64,000 nt of DNA from Mustelus asterias (Eukaryota). Of this stretch, positions 14,191 to 25,500 are shown piece after piece. Within the stretch, counting starts at the first letter, position 1, and every line of letters begins with the position of its first letter. Location: the NCBI RefSeq assembly GCF_964213995.1, contig NW_027592047.1:1-64000 (forward strand), written 5' to 3'. The translations under genes and the position numbers were made by a program. The notes below the pieces were generated by a model, which made no database searches, was not told where the DNA came from, and saw only the letters and a program-made list of their open reading frames with translations.

Positions 14191-15149
14191 NNNNNNNNNN
14201 NNNNNNNNNNNNNNNNNNNNNNNNNNNNNNNNNNNNNNNNNNNNNNNNNNNNNNNNNNNNNNNNNNNNNNNNNNNNNNNNNNNNNNNNNNNNNNNNNNNN
14301 NNNNNNNNNNNNNNNNNNNNNNNNNNNNNNNNNNNNNNNNNNNNNNNNNNNNNNNNNNNNNNNNNNNNNNNNNNNNNNNNNNNNNNNNNNNNNNNNNNNN
14401 NNNNNNNNNNNNNNNNNNNNNNNNNNNNNNNNNNNNNNNNNNNNNNNNNNNNNNNNNNNNNNNNNNNNNNNNNNNNNNNNNNNNNNNNNNNNNNNNNNNN
14501 NNNNNNNNNNNNNNNNNNNNNNNNNNNNNNNNNNNNNNNNNNNNNNNNNNNNNNNNNNNNNNNNNNNNNNNNNNNNNNNNNNNNNNNNNNNNNNNNNNNN
14601 NNNNNNNNNNNNNNNNNNNNNNNNNNNNNNNNNNNNNNNNNNNNNNNNNNNNNNNNNNNNNNNNNNNNNNNNNNNNNNNNNNNNNNNNNNNNNNNNNNNN
14701 NNNNNNNNNNNNNNNNNNNNNNNNNNNNNNNNNNNNNNNNNNNNNNNNNNNNNNNNNNNNGAGTGAGTGTGTGTGAGAGAGAGTGTGTGTGTGTGAGAGT
14801 GTGTGTGAGTGTGAGAGAGAGTGTGACAGTGTGTGTATGAATACCTAGTGTGAGTGTGTGTATGAAAGATAGACTGAGTGTGTGTGCAAGGGAGAGATGA
14901 GTGAGTGTGTAATGAGCGGGGGGGTGGAGTGAGTGAATGTGAGTGTGTGTGAGAGCGTGTGAGGGAGTATTTATGTGTGTGTTGATGAGAGTGTGTTAAA
15001 GCGAGTGTTTCCGAGAGAGTGAATGTGTTTTTGAGAGTGAATGTGTGTGTGAGATGTGTGTGTGTGTAAGTGTGTAATAGGGAGTGAGTATACAAAGTGA
15101 GTAAGTGTATAAGAGTGAGTGAGTGCGAGCAGGACAGTGCATGAGTGTT

Positions 15150-15445
15150 AAGTTTCAGTTTATCTACTAGTGTGACAAGTAGGGTTACATTAACACTGCA
15201 ATGAAGTTACTGTGAGAATCCCCTAGTCGCCACACTCCGGCGCCTGTTCGGGTCACACTGAGGGAGAATTTAGCACGGCCAATGCACCCTAACCAGCACA
15301 TCTTTCAGACTGTGGGAGGAAACCGGAGCACCCGGAGGAAACCCACGCAGACACGGGGAGAACGTGCAGACTCTGCACAGACAGTGACCCAAGCCGGGAA
15401 TCGAACCCGGGTCCCTGGCGCTGTGAGGCAGCAGTGCTAACCACC
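15150..15445 (-). mobile_element. V-SINE (HE1-like)
   Basis: Reverse complement of the 8919 element. Confidence 0.9.
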
Positions 15446-16458
15446 GGTGATAAGGGGGAGAGTTAACAGAAAGCAGCTGGTGAGAATATACTGGCCGGTT
15501 TTAATTTAATCCAAATTAATGAATTAGAAACTTTTAACCTCAGGAATTGACATCCGAGGATTTCAGTTTAAAATCCCATTGAAGCTCCGTGTCTCTTAAT
15601 GGGATGTTTTTGTCTGTATTTAGTAATTAGTGACTTCATATCTCACAGCGAGATAAATAAAACTTTTTTCCAATTGATAGGGACAGCTCAATGGACAAAA
15701 CTGGTGTGAGAAAGGGGCAAATCCTTTGAAAATGGAGGCAGAGAGGAGGCTTTGTTCAACTCCCATTCTTTCCCTGTCTTCAGCAGGCTGGGCAGGAAGT
15801 GTGAGCAGAGAGGGGGGGATAGACAGACACACACTGACACAATCCCCCCAATCCACTCACTCACACATCCCCATTCCCCCTCCACTCGCTGGGTTGTGGG
15901 GAGCGGCTGCAAGGATTTTCAGGGCTGCTGTGGGGGGGTCAGGGGGTTTTTGAAATGGACGAACACGACCTACAGGGGAAAAGAAATAAAGTTTGAAACT
16001 AAACTAAAGAAACTAAAGGCAGGAGATTGCAGAATCCATTGCCTCCCTGCATTAACATATCAATAGTCAGTCTGACATTGCCACAAACTCCTCTGGGGTG
16101 AGAGGGGGAGGGGGGGTGAATTAGCATCTCAATAGAGAGACAGACATTGCAGACATGTCAGAGACTCAGGGTGGGGTTTGCATCCAGCACACTCAGGATA
16201 AATGTGAATCTGAGAGCCTTCAGTCTCCACACCAATAATCCCCCTGCACTGAAAACATTCCCACTCTGATTCAGTGTGTGTGTGTGTGTCTCAATCTGCG
16301 TTTTTACCTGTGCTTTGCTTGTGTGGACATGATGCTGAATGGACTTGAATGGAAATGCTGGACTCCTCGCTGTGATATGTTGTGTGTCTTATTGTTAAAA
16401 TGGCCTTGTCTCTTTTTCTCTCTCTTTTTAACCAATTTTTATCTCTTTTTCTCCTGAG

Positions 16459-19400
16459 GAATTTTGAAAACTGGGGATGTGTCGAGGATCCAAAGTCGGG
16501 AATGTTTGTGACCAGGATGAGGGAGAGGAGCTTCTTCCAGAGGGAGGGCTGACTGAGGCCTGTTGCTCAGGCTTCATCCCGAGTGAGTTGTGTCTGTTTA
16601 TTAACCTGATCCAGATTTAATGTTTCATATCAGAGGGAGCGAGATCTGAATGAGAGTGGAATAGAGAGAGAGAGAGAGAAACACCCAGGGAGGGAACTGT
16701 CTCAATCTCTTTAGTCTCTGCTTTACAACTGACTTGTTGTGTTTGGGTGTTACTGAGAGATTGTGTCACTGAGGGGAGATCCTGGGTTTTTTGCTGTGCT
16801 ATTTAATTTAAATATTTTCTTGTATTTTAATTATTTTCTCTCTCTTTCCCCAAGAATTAATATTTAGATTTTACTGAGAGATTGTGTAACTGAGAAGGGG
16901 GAATCCTGGGCTCTTGTGCTATTTAATTTAAAGAATTCTTGTATTTTAATTAATTATTTTCTCTTCTCCCCAGGAATTTGAATTTTGAAGACTGCAATGG
17001 GACTCGGAATCCTTGGACAAGGGGCTTTTCTCCAGAGGAGGATGGATGGACTGAAGCCTGTTCTATAGGCCGCATGTGAGTTGTCTCTTTGTTACCCTGA
17101 TCCAGGTTTAATTTTAATCTCGCTTCCTCGGATGAACCAGTTCTGGTTCGATTGTGGGGTGTGGGGGGGGCAGCTGGAGTTTGAAACCCTGGGGTTAAAA
17201 TATCCCGGCTTTGCAGTTAGTCAGAAACAGGTTAACCCTTTGCTGGGTGGCAAAGAGTAAATTAAATATCTGTAATATGAAGCAGTCTGAAAGTTAGTTT
17301 TAAATCCAAGATAACAGGGGATGGGAGACAGAGCGCTGTTCCTAATTGTTGAATAAAATTCATAGAGGCCTTTACAATTCAGTTTTCAGATGTTCAGACT
17401 TTCATTGTGTCCTCTCTGCAGCTTTTCCGCCATTCTGTCTATTTCTATCCGCTTTCTCTCTTTCTCTCCCTTTCCTTCCTCTATCTGTCTCTCTTTTCTA
17501 TTCCCTCTCTCTCCCTCTTTTTCCCAGGAAGTCATATTTTGTTGGACAATCTGTCAGTAAAATCTGAGAAGGGGGAATCTTGGGCTCTTGTGCTATTTAA
17601 TTTAAACATTTTCTGGTATTTTAATATATTTCTCTCTCTTTTACCCAAGAATTAATATTTAGCTTTTACTGAGAGATTGTGTAACTGAGAAAGGGGAATC
17701 CTGGGCTCTTGTGCTATTTAATTTCAACATTTTCTTGTATTTAAATTAATTATATTCTATCTCTTCCCAAGGAATTCATATTTAGTTAAACAATCTCTCA
17801 GTGAAATCTTAGAAGGGGGAATCCTGGGCTCTTGTGCTATTTAATTTAAACATTTTCTTGTACCTTAATTCATTATTTTCTCTTCTCCCCAGGAATTTGA
17901 ATTTTGAAGACTGCAACATGACTCGGAATCCTTGGACAAGGGGGTTTTCTCCAGAGGAGGATGGATGGACTGAGGCCTGTTCTATAGGCCGCATGTGAGT
18001 TGTCGTCTCTTTATTACCCTGATCCAGGTTTCATTTTAATCTCGCTTCCTCGGATGAACCAGTCCTGGTTCGATTGTGGGGTGGGGGGGCTGGAGTTTGA
18101 AACCCTGGGGTTAAAATATCCCGGCTTTGCAATTAGTTACAAACAGGTTAACCCTTTGGTGGGTGGCAAAGAGTAAATTAAATGTCTGTAATATGAAACT
18201 GTCTCAATTTGTTTTAAATCCAAGGTAACAGGGATGGGAGACAGACCGCTGTTCCTAATTGTTGAATAAAATTCACAGAGGCCTTTACAATTCAGTTTTC
18301 AGAAGTTCAGAATTTCATTTCGTCCTCTCTGCAGCTTTTCCCCCATTCTCTCTATTTCCTCTCTGTTTTCTTTCTCTCCATCCCTTTCCTTCCTCTATCT
18401 GTCTCTTTTTTTTATTCCCTCTCTCTCTCCCTCTTTTTCCCAGGAAATAATATTTTGTTGGACAATCTCTCAGTAAAATCTGAGAAGGGGGAATCCTGGG
18501 GCTCTTGTGCTATTTAATTTAAACATTTTCTGGTATTTTAATATATTTCTCTCTCTTTTACCCAAGAACTAATATATAGATTTTACTGAGAGATTGTGTA
18601 ACTGAGAAAGGGGAATCCTGGGCTCTTGTGCTATTTAATTTCAACATTTTTTTGTATTTAAATTAATTATATTCTATCTCTTCCCAAGGAATTCATATTT
18701 AGTTAAACAATCTCTCAGTGAAATCTTAGAAGGGGGAATCCTGGGCTCTTGTGCTATTTAATTTAAACATTTTCTTGTACCTTAATTCATTATTTTCTCT
18801 TCTCCCCAGGAATTTGAATTTTGAAGACTGCAATGGGACTGAGAATCCTTGGACAAGGGGCTTTTCTCCAGAGGAGGATGGATGGACTGAGGCCTGTTCT
18901 ATAGGCCGCATGTGAGTTGTCGTCTCTTTATTACCCTGATCCAGGTTTAATTTTAATCTCGCTTCCTCGGATGAACCAGTCCTGGTTCGATTGTGGGGTG
19001 TGGGGGGGTGGAGTTTGAAACCCTGTGGTTAAAATATCCTGGCATTGCAATTAGTCGCAAACAGGTTAACCCTTTGCTGGGTGGCAAAGAGTAAATTAAA
19101 TATCTGTAATATGAAACTGTCTAAAAGTTTGATGCAAATCCAAAATAACAGGGGTGGGAGAGAGTGATTTACCCGAATGTTAAATAAGATTCACAGAGGA
19201 CATTACAATTCAATTTTCTGAAGTTCAGCCTTTACATTTATCTTCCCCTCTGCAGCTTTCTTCCCCATTCTATTTCGCTCTGCTTTTCTCTCTGTCTCTC
19301 TCTCCAGTATTTTTCCCCTATCTTCAGCTTTCTCTCCCTTCCTGTTTCTTTCCCCCTCTCGAGCATTCTTCCATATCTGTCCATCACTCACCAGAATGTC

Positions 19401-20375
19401 TCTCTCTCCCTCTCGAGCATTCTTCCATATCTGTCTATCACTCTCCAGAATGTCTCTCTCTCTCTCTCTCGAGCGTTCTTCCATATCTGTCCATCACTCT
19501 CCAGAATGTCTCTCTCTCTCTCGAGCATTCTTCCATATCTGTCTATCACTCTCCAGAATGTATCTCTCTCTCTCTGGCTCCATCTTCCTTTGTGTCTCTT
19601 TAGACCTTTAATCAACAAAAACTGTGTTATTGTAAACAGGGAGACAGGAATATGGCATCGCTCATTTCAATGCAGAGTACATGAGAGAGAGGGAAAGAAA
19701 CAGCTATGGACAGAGACAACGAGTGAGAAAGAGAGGGGACAGGGACAAGGATCCAGACAGGAACATCCATCTTTACACTGAGTAAGAGAGACAGGAGCAG
19801 AGGGAGAAAAGAGAGGGAGATAGTGAAAGGGAGATGGAGGGAGTTGTAGAAATCAATCCCGGGAGGGCGATTTTAAAAAGTGTCCCGAAGGAATCAGCAG
19901 CCCCTTCCCAAACTGAAAGAGGGAGATGAGCAGCTCCTGGAGTCTGAGAGGGAGACAGGGATGGACTGGGGGGTTGTGGATATTTGAATTCAGTTTTAGG
20001 AGATTCTGTTTGTAGATTTCTCTCTCTCTGTTCATGCCATTCTGATGTTTCTGAGAGATTGTGTAACTGAGAAGGGGGAATCCTGCGTTTTGGTGAGATT
20101 TAATTTCAATGGTTTCTTGTATTTAATTAATTTTCTCTCTCTTTTCCCCAAGAATTCATATCTAGTTAGACAATCTCTCAGTAAAATCTGAGAAGGGGAA
20201 TCCTGGGCTCTTGTGCTATTTAATTTAAATATTTTCTTGTATTTTAATTAACTATTTTCTCTCTTCTCCCCAGGAATTTGAATTTTGAAGACTGCAACGG
20301 GACTCGGAATCCTTGGACAAGGGGCTTTTCTCCAGAGGTGGATGGATGGACTGAAGCCTGTTCTATAGGCCGCAT
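16459..20375 (+). other. Array of splice-flanked exon-like modules: 16459-16582, 16974-17075, 17893-17994, 18810-18911, 20274-20375 (candidate lncRNA or repeat-peptide gene)
   Basis: The four 102-nt copies have polypyrimidine-CAG|GAATTTG...CCGCAT|GTGAGT. The divergent first copy has CTGAG|GAATTTT...|GTGAGT. Confidence 0.5.
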
Positions 20376-20870
20376 GTGAGTTGTTGTCTCTTTATTATCC
20401 TGATCCAGGTTTAATTTTAATCTTGCTTCCTCGGATTCGATTGTGGGGAGGGGGGGCTGGAGTTTGAAACCCTGGGGTTAAAATATCCCGGCTTTGTAAT
20501 TAGTCACGAACACGTTAACCCTTTGGTGGGTGGCAAAGACTAAATTATGTATGAAACTGTCTATAAGTTTGCTTTAAATCTAAAATAACAGGGGTCGGAG
20601 ACAGAGCAATGAACCTAATTGTTGAATAAAATTCACAGAGGCCTTTACAATTCAGTTTACAGATGTTCAGATTTTCATTTCATCCTCTCCACAGCTTTCC
20701 CCCCATTCTGTCTATTTCTCTCTGCTTTTCTCTCCATTTCCTTCCTCTATCTGCCTCTCTTTATTCTCTCTCTCTCCCTCTTTTTCCCAGGAATTAATAT
20801 TTAGTTGGACAATCTCTCAGTAAAACCTGGAAAGGGGCAATCCTGGGATTTTGTGCTGTGTAATTTTCAT
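16750..20870 (+). repeat. Tandem duplication of a ~915-bp unit containing ~110-130-bp subrepeats
   Basis: Exon copies start at 16974/17893/18810 (spacing 919, 917). Subrepeat CTGAGAAGGGGGAATCCTGGGCTCTTGTGCTATTTAATTT recurs about 10 times. Confidence 0.93.
19355..19575 (+). repeat. ~55-bp tandem repeat, 4 copies
   Basis: CTCGAGCATTCTTCCATATCTGTCTATCACTCTCCAGAATGTCTCTC. Confidence 0.9.
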
Positions 20871-21499
20871 TCTGGGTGTCCCGGGGGGTTTGATTTCACT
20901 GTCTCAGCCCCTCTCTGCCTCACTCTCTCTCTCTCTCTGTATAAACTTTTCCCAAATTACAAAACACTCAACACAGCTGACTGCACCTTGTGGGATCTTG
21001 CTGGGGATTTTGTTTTAAAAAGGGGTGTTTTCTCAGAGGCAGTTTAAACCTTTCAGGGGACTGCGGGGAAGTCTCCAGACTTGGGACAACACACACACAG
21101 GGTTGGGGGCTGGGGTTGGCGGGCGGGGAGGTGGGCAGTCAGGTATACTGGTATTCTGGGAGACTGATATTCCCAACAAGGGCCAGAGGTCTCAGTGCTG
21201 AAACATATTAAACTGTTCAAACAGAGGCAGGCAGAAAGCCATGAGGCTTCAGAGCTCCCTGTAGATGCAAAGGTAACTCTGTCAAAAAGTAGCCACATGT
21301 GAAGTGGAAACACCTTCCCTCAGCTTGTTACACACTGACCTTTCCACAACCCCAACATGTTTACAAACACTCGCTGCAGTTTCTGCAAACTTTGTATCAA
21401 ACTGCCCCCCACTCTGCTCAATACTGACCCCCTCTCAACCTGGCACTGAACTAGTGTCTGAATTGAGACAGAGACACACAGACAGAGGTTTTAAAGTTG

Positions 21500-21775
21500 A
21501 AAGTTTTAAAGTTTGATTATTAGTGTCACAAGTAAGGCTTACATTAACACTGCAATGAAGTTACTGAGAGAGACAGAGAGAGACAGAGACATAGATAAAG
21601 AGACAGAGAGGATATTTAAAGTTTTAAAGTTTGTTTATTCGTGTCACAAGTAAGGCTTACATTAACGCTGCAGTTACTGAGAGAGACAGAAAGAGAGAGT
21701 TTTTAAAGTTGAAAGATTTAAAGTTTATTTCTTAGTGTCACAAGGCTTACATTAACACTGCAATGAAGTTAGTGA
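21500..21775 (-). mobile_element. Three tandem V-SINE 3' tails
   Basis: GTGTCACAAGTAAGGCTTACATTAACACTGCAATGAAGTTA three times. Confidence 0.8.
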
Positions 21776-22529
21776 GAAAGACAGAGATAGAGGGAGCATC
21801 CAGAGTGGGTTCAGTAACACATTTATTGATCAGATATCTCTCTCTGTGACTCTTTAGCGATGAGATATTCAGCCAGGATGGTTTCACTGACCCTCTTCAG
21901 CAGGCAGATATTCCCAAATCCAGCCTAGGTCTCAGACACACACACACACCACTCACACATTCCCTCTGCTCTGTCCAAGGGAATATTTTAATCCAGGAAT
22001 TTCTATTTTATATTTACAGGGTGACGGGGGGAGAAACTCAACTCAAAAATCCTGCAGTCTCTCCAAGCTGCTTTTAAATTTCAATTCAAACCCTGGGCCA
22101 CATGGGAAGCTGCAGAGATTGGGAAACTTACCAAACCCAGTTTGTGTGTGTGAGTGTCTGCAGCTTTTGTGTCTTTGAACTTGCGAGGGTGCCAGGGGGA
22201 GAATGTCACTGTCTTCACCTCTCTCTCTGCCTCTCTGTATAAAAAAAATCACCAAATTAAACCACACTCAATCATGCGACCATACACAATTAATTATCAA
22301 ATATCTGTCTCTCTCGCTTTATCTCTGTCTCTCCCCGTCTCTCTCTCTCCCCGTCTCTTCTCGAGCAGAAACAGATGGAGACAGAGAGGCAGGGAGAGAG
22401 AGGAAGAGGGAGGGATGGAAACAGCTGGAGTTGTGGATTAGATGCAGGGGGAGAGACACAGGCTGTTAGAGGGAGGGGGGGTTTCAGTGAGGGACAGGGT
22501 CTCCAGTTTAATTCTGAGGGTCCTGAGAG

Positions 22530-25500
22530 AGGGATTTCACTGTCTCAGCCCCTCTCTGGCTCCCTCACTCTGTATAAACAATTCCCAAATGTAAAAAATG
22601 CTCAACACAGCTGACTGCACTTTGTGGGATCTTGCTGTGCACCACAGGGATTTTAGTTTTAAAAAGGGTTACTTTTAAGAGGGAGTTCCGGCCTTTCTGG
22701 AGATTTGGGATGATGCAGACACACACACACAGACACACACAGGGTAGTGAGTGGGGAAGGGGGCTCACAGCAGGCAAGAGAGTGGGGGAGGGGTGGGGGG
22801 AGGACTGTGTCCCATCTGATTCAGGTTCACATTGCTGCTGCTACTGTGGGATCTTGCTGTGCACACACTGGGCCTGTGGCCTTTGCCTGCACAGCAACAG
22901 CGCCCACACTTTTTATTTTCAAACAAAATCTGGCTCAGGGACCGCAAAGTGGGTTCAAGGAAAAAGCTTGAAAAGGGGTCGGGTAAATTCAAGCACTTTA
23001 ATCACCGAGGCATCGTAGGCTCTTGAGCAAGTGCTGGGGAATGGGAGGAGGATAGATTGGGATTTGATGGCCAGCATGGAGCTGGTGGGCCGAAGGGCCT
23101 GTTTCTGTGCTGTGTGACTCCAGATTCTTTTCTCTCTCTCTTTTCCCAGGAATTTCTATTTGGATGGGGGGGGGGTATAGAATTTCTCTGTCTCTCCAGT
23201 GTTCTTACCAATCCCAGCACCCCTCCCCTCCCCTCTCTCTCTCCCCAGACATTCCTGTCTATATTTCATCTTTCAATAAAATGTTTAAGAAAACACCAAT
23301 GTGAATTGTTGTCAATTTAATTTGGGAAGAGAGAGAGAGAGAGAGGAGTGGATCCCATTTCCCACACACTCTCCTGCAGTCCTCACCCACAACATTTATT
23401 TAATCTGGCCCTCACCAGGTTGTGTGTGTGTGGGATCTTGCTGTGCACACAGGTGGGTCTGGCTCCCTATTCCTCGCACTGTGACCGTGAGCAGAACTTT
23501 AAACAGGAAAGATTGAGGGGAAGGAGAAGGGTTGGGGAGGCGGAGGAGGCAGAGAGAGAGACAGAGAAATGGAGGGAGAGCTAAACAGAGAGGGGGTGGG
23601 GGAGGTGTGAGAGGGTCTCAGGAGGGGCAGGGGGAAAGAGACACAGAGTCTGGGGGTGTCCTCCTCCACTGTGGGACTGGCAGTGGGATCTTGCTGTGCA
23701 GAATTACCTTCATTGTCATTTGAATCATTCATTCATTGACTAAGGGAGGGTGGGTGTGTGATTATAAATATTGTTACCACTCTGAGGTGATGTTTCCCTC
23801 TGCGCTATTTTGTAACCCCCTAAAGGGATACACCTCGCCTCGTAATCTTAAATAAGTATGTGAGAGACAGGAGGAAGCGACTGGTTTTAGACATTCAATC
23901 CCTACAGTGCAGAAGGAGGTCATTCGGCCCATCTAGTCTGTACCGACCACAATCCCACCCAGGCCCTATTCCCGTAACCCCACACTTTTAACCTGCTAAT
24001 CCCCCTGACACTGGGGTCAATTTAACACGGCCAATCCACCGAACCCGCACAGCTTTGTGCTGTGGGAGAAATTGGTAAATTAAAGCAAGATCTGACACTC
24101 TCTCCATCAGGAACAACCAAACAGGTCTTTAATTTAGACTGGGTGACAACCTTATTAAAACAATGAACAAACTGAATAAACTCCCCAGTAGAATGCTGTT
24201 CCAATGACAAGACTCACTCAGGAATAATGAAATAAATCATTACAGAATAGAGTCACCCTCGAATAACCAGGCGTCTGTTGGAAGTGTGAACTTGCTTCTG
24301 CTGCTTGGGTCTGGAATACTTTCTGAGTTGGTTTCTGCTTCTATTTAGATGGTGATGTGATGAAGCTGTATATATTACTGCAGGATTCAGTATCAGACTC
24401 TCCCCCCTTCAATCTAAAGAGGCAGCAAGGTCGCTCCCTCCCCGTTATTTCCCCCTGTCCCAGGTTTAAATACCCAGAATTTCCTCACAGTATTCCTGCA
24501 ATTTGAGTGGCTTGAGGCTGTCACCAACGCCCCAATTTGAATGCAATTGGTTGTGTGCGTTTGAGAGCTTGTTTTAAAATCATTGGTCCAGTTCAAAGCC
24601 TGTTTTGCTCTGCTGGGACTCTGGCTGCTGCTTTGGACACAAATGTTGTAAAGTTGTGTTCTGCAGCCTGCTTTCTGCAGTTTAAAATCCCCAGCACAGA
24701 GACACAGGCTTTCTAAAGACACAACGCTGGATGGTTCGTTTTGGTTTTCTCAGCATTTCTTTTCAATATTTACATTTGTCAAACACCACATTTTTAACCT
24801 GATATACGCAACTTCATAACAATATTAGACAGGGAGAGAGAGATCGGGAGAGACAGAGAGAAAGTCACACAAAGAGAGAGAGAGACAGGGAGACAGAGAG
24901 AGAGAGAGAGTCACATGGAGTAATGAGGATGGGGCCTGGATGGGAATGTGGTTGGTGTAGACCTGATGGGCCGAATGGCCTCCTTCTGTACTGTAGGATT
25001 CTGTGATTCTGTAATGGGGGCTGCGTGCGGTGTGAGGGGAGGGTGGAAGGGGACAGGGGGTGGGGGAAGCACAGGTTACCTTTTCCCCCCTCCCTCCTCC
25101 CAGGCCCTGTCCGGGAGGTTTCGGGGCTGGAGGGGATTGTTCTGGTGAACTGGCCGGGGCCTGGGGAACCTGTTCTTTGTCCAGGATGTATAATGCAGCC
25201 TCTGTGACCAGGCCTCAATCCCAGGCCTAACCTCAGGAAGGCTTTTGCATTTTGCTCCTTTTCCAAACAGTGCCTGTGTTTAAATCGATGGGACTCGACG
25301 GTCGAATAAAACCTGCAGCAGACACTTTAATACAAAGAACAGCACAGCACAGGAACAGGTCCTTTGGCCCTCCAAGCCTGCGCCGATCATGTTTACCTAT
25401 CGAGACCAATGGCCTGTATCCCTCTCTACCCCGTTTGTTCATGTGTCTATCCAGATAAGTCTTAAATGTCACTAATGTATCTGCCCCAACCACCTCACTT

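Noticed and set aside
11136-15095. Very long ORFs (600-1300 aa)
   Set aside because: Composed of N gaps and GA/CT minisatellite; not genes
25192-25251. SECIS or H/ACA interpretation of the hairpin
   Set aside because: GUGA/AA/GA spacing is not conserved in the other copies; no H or ACA boxes
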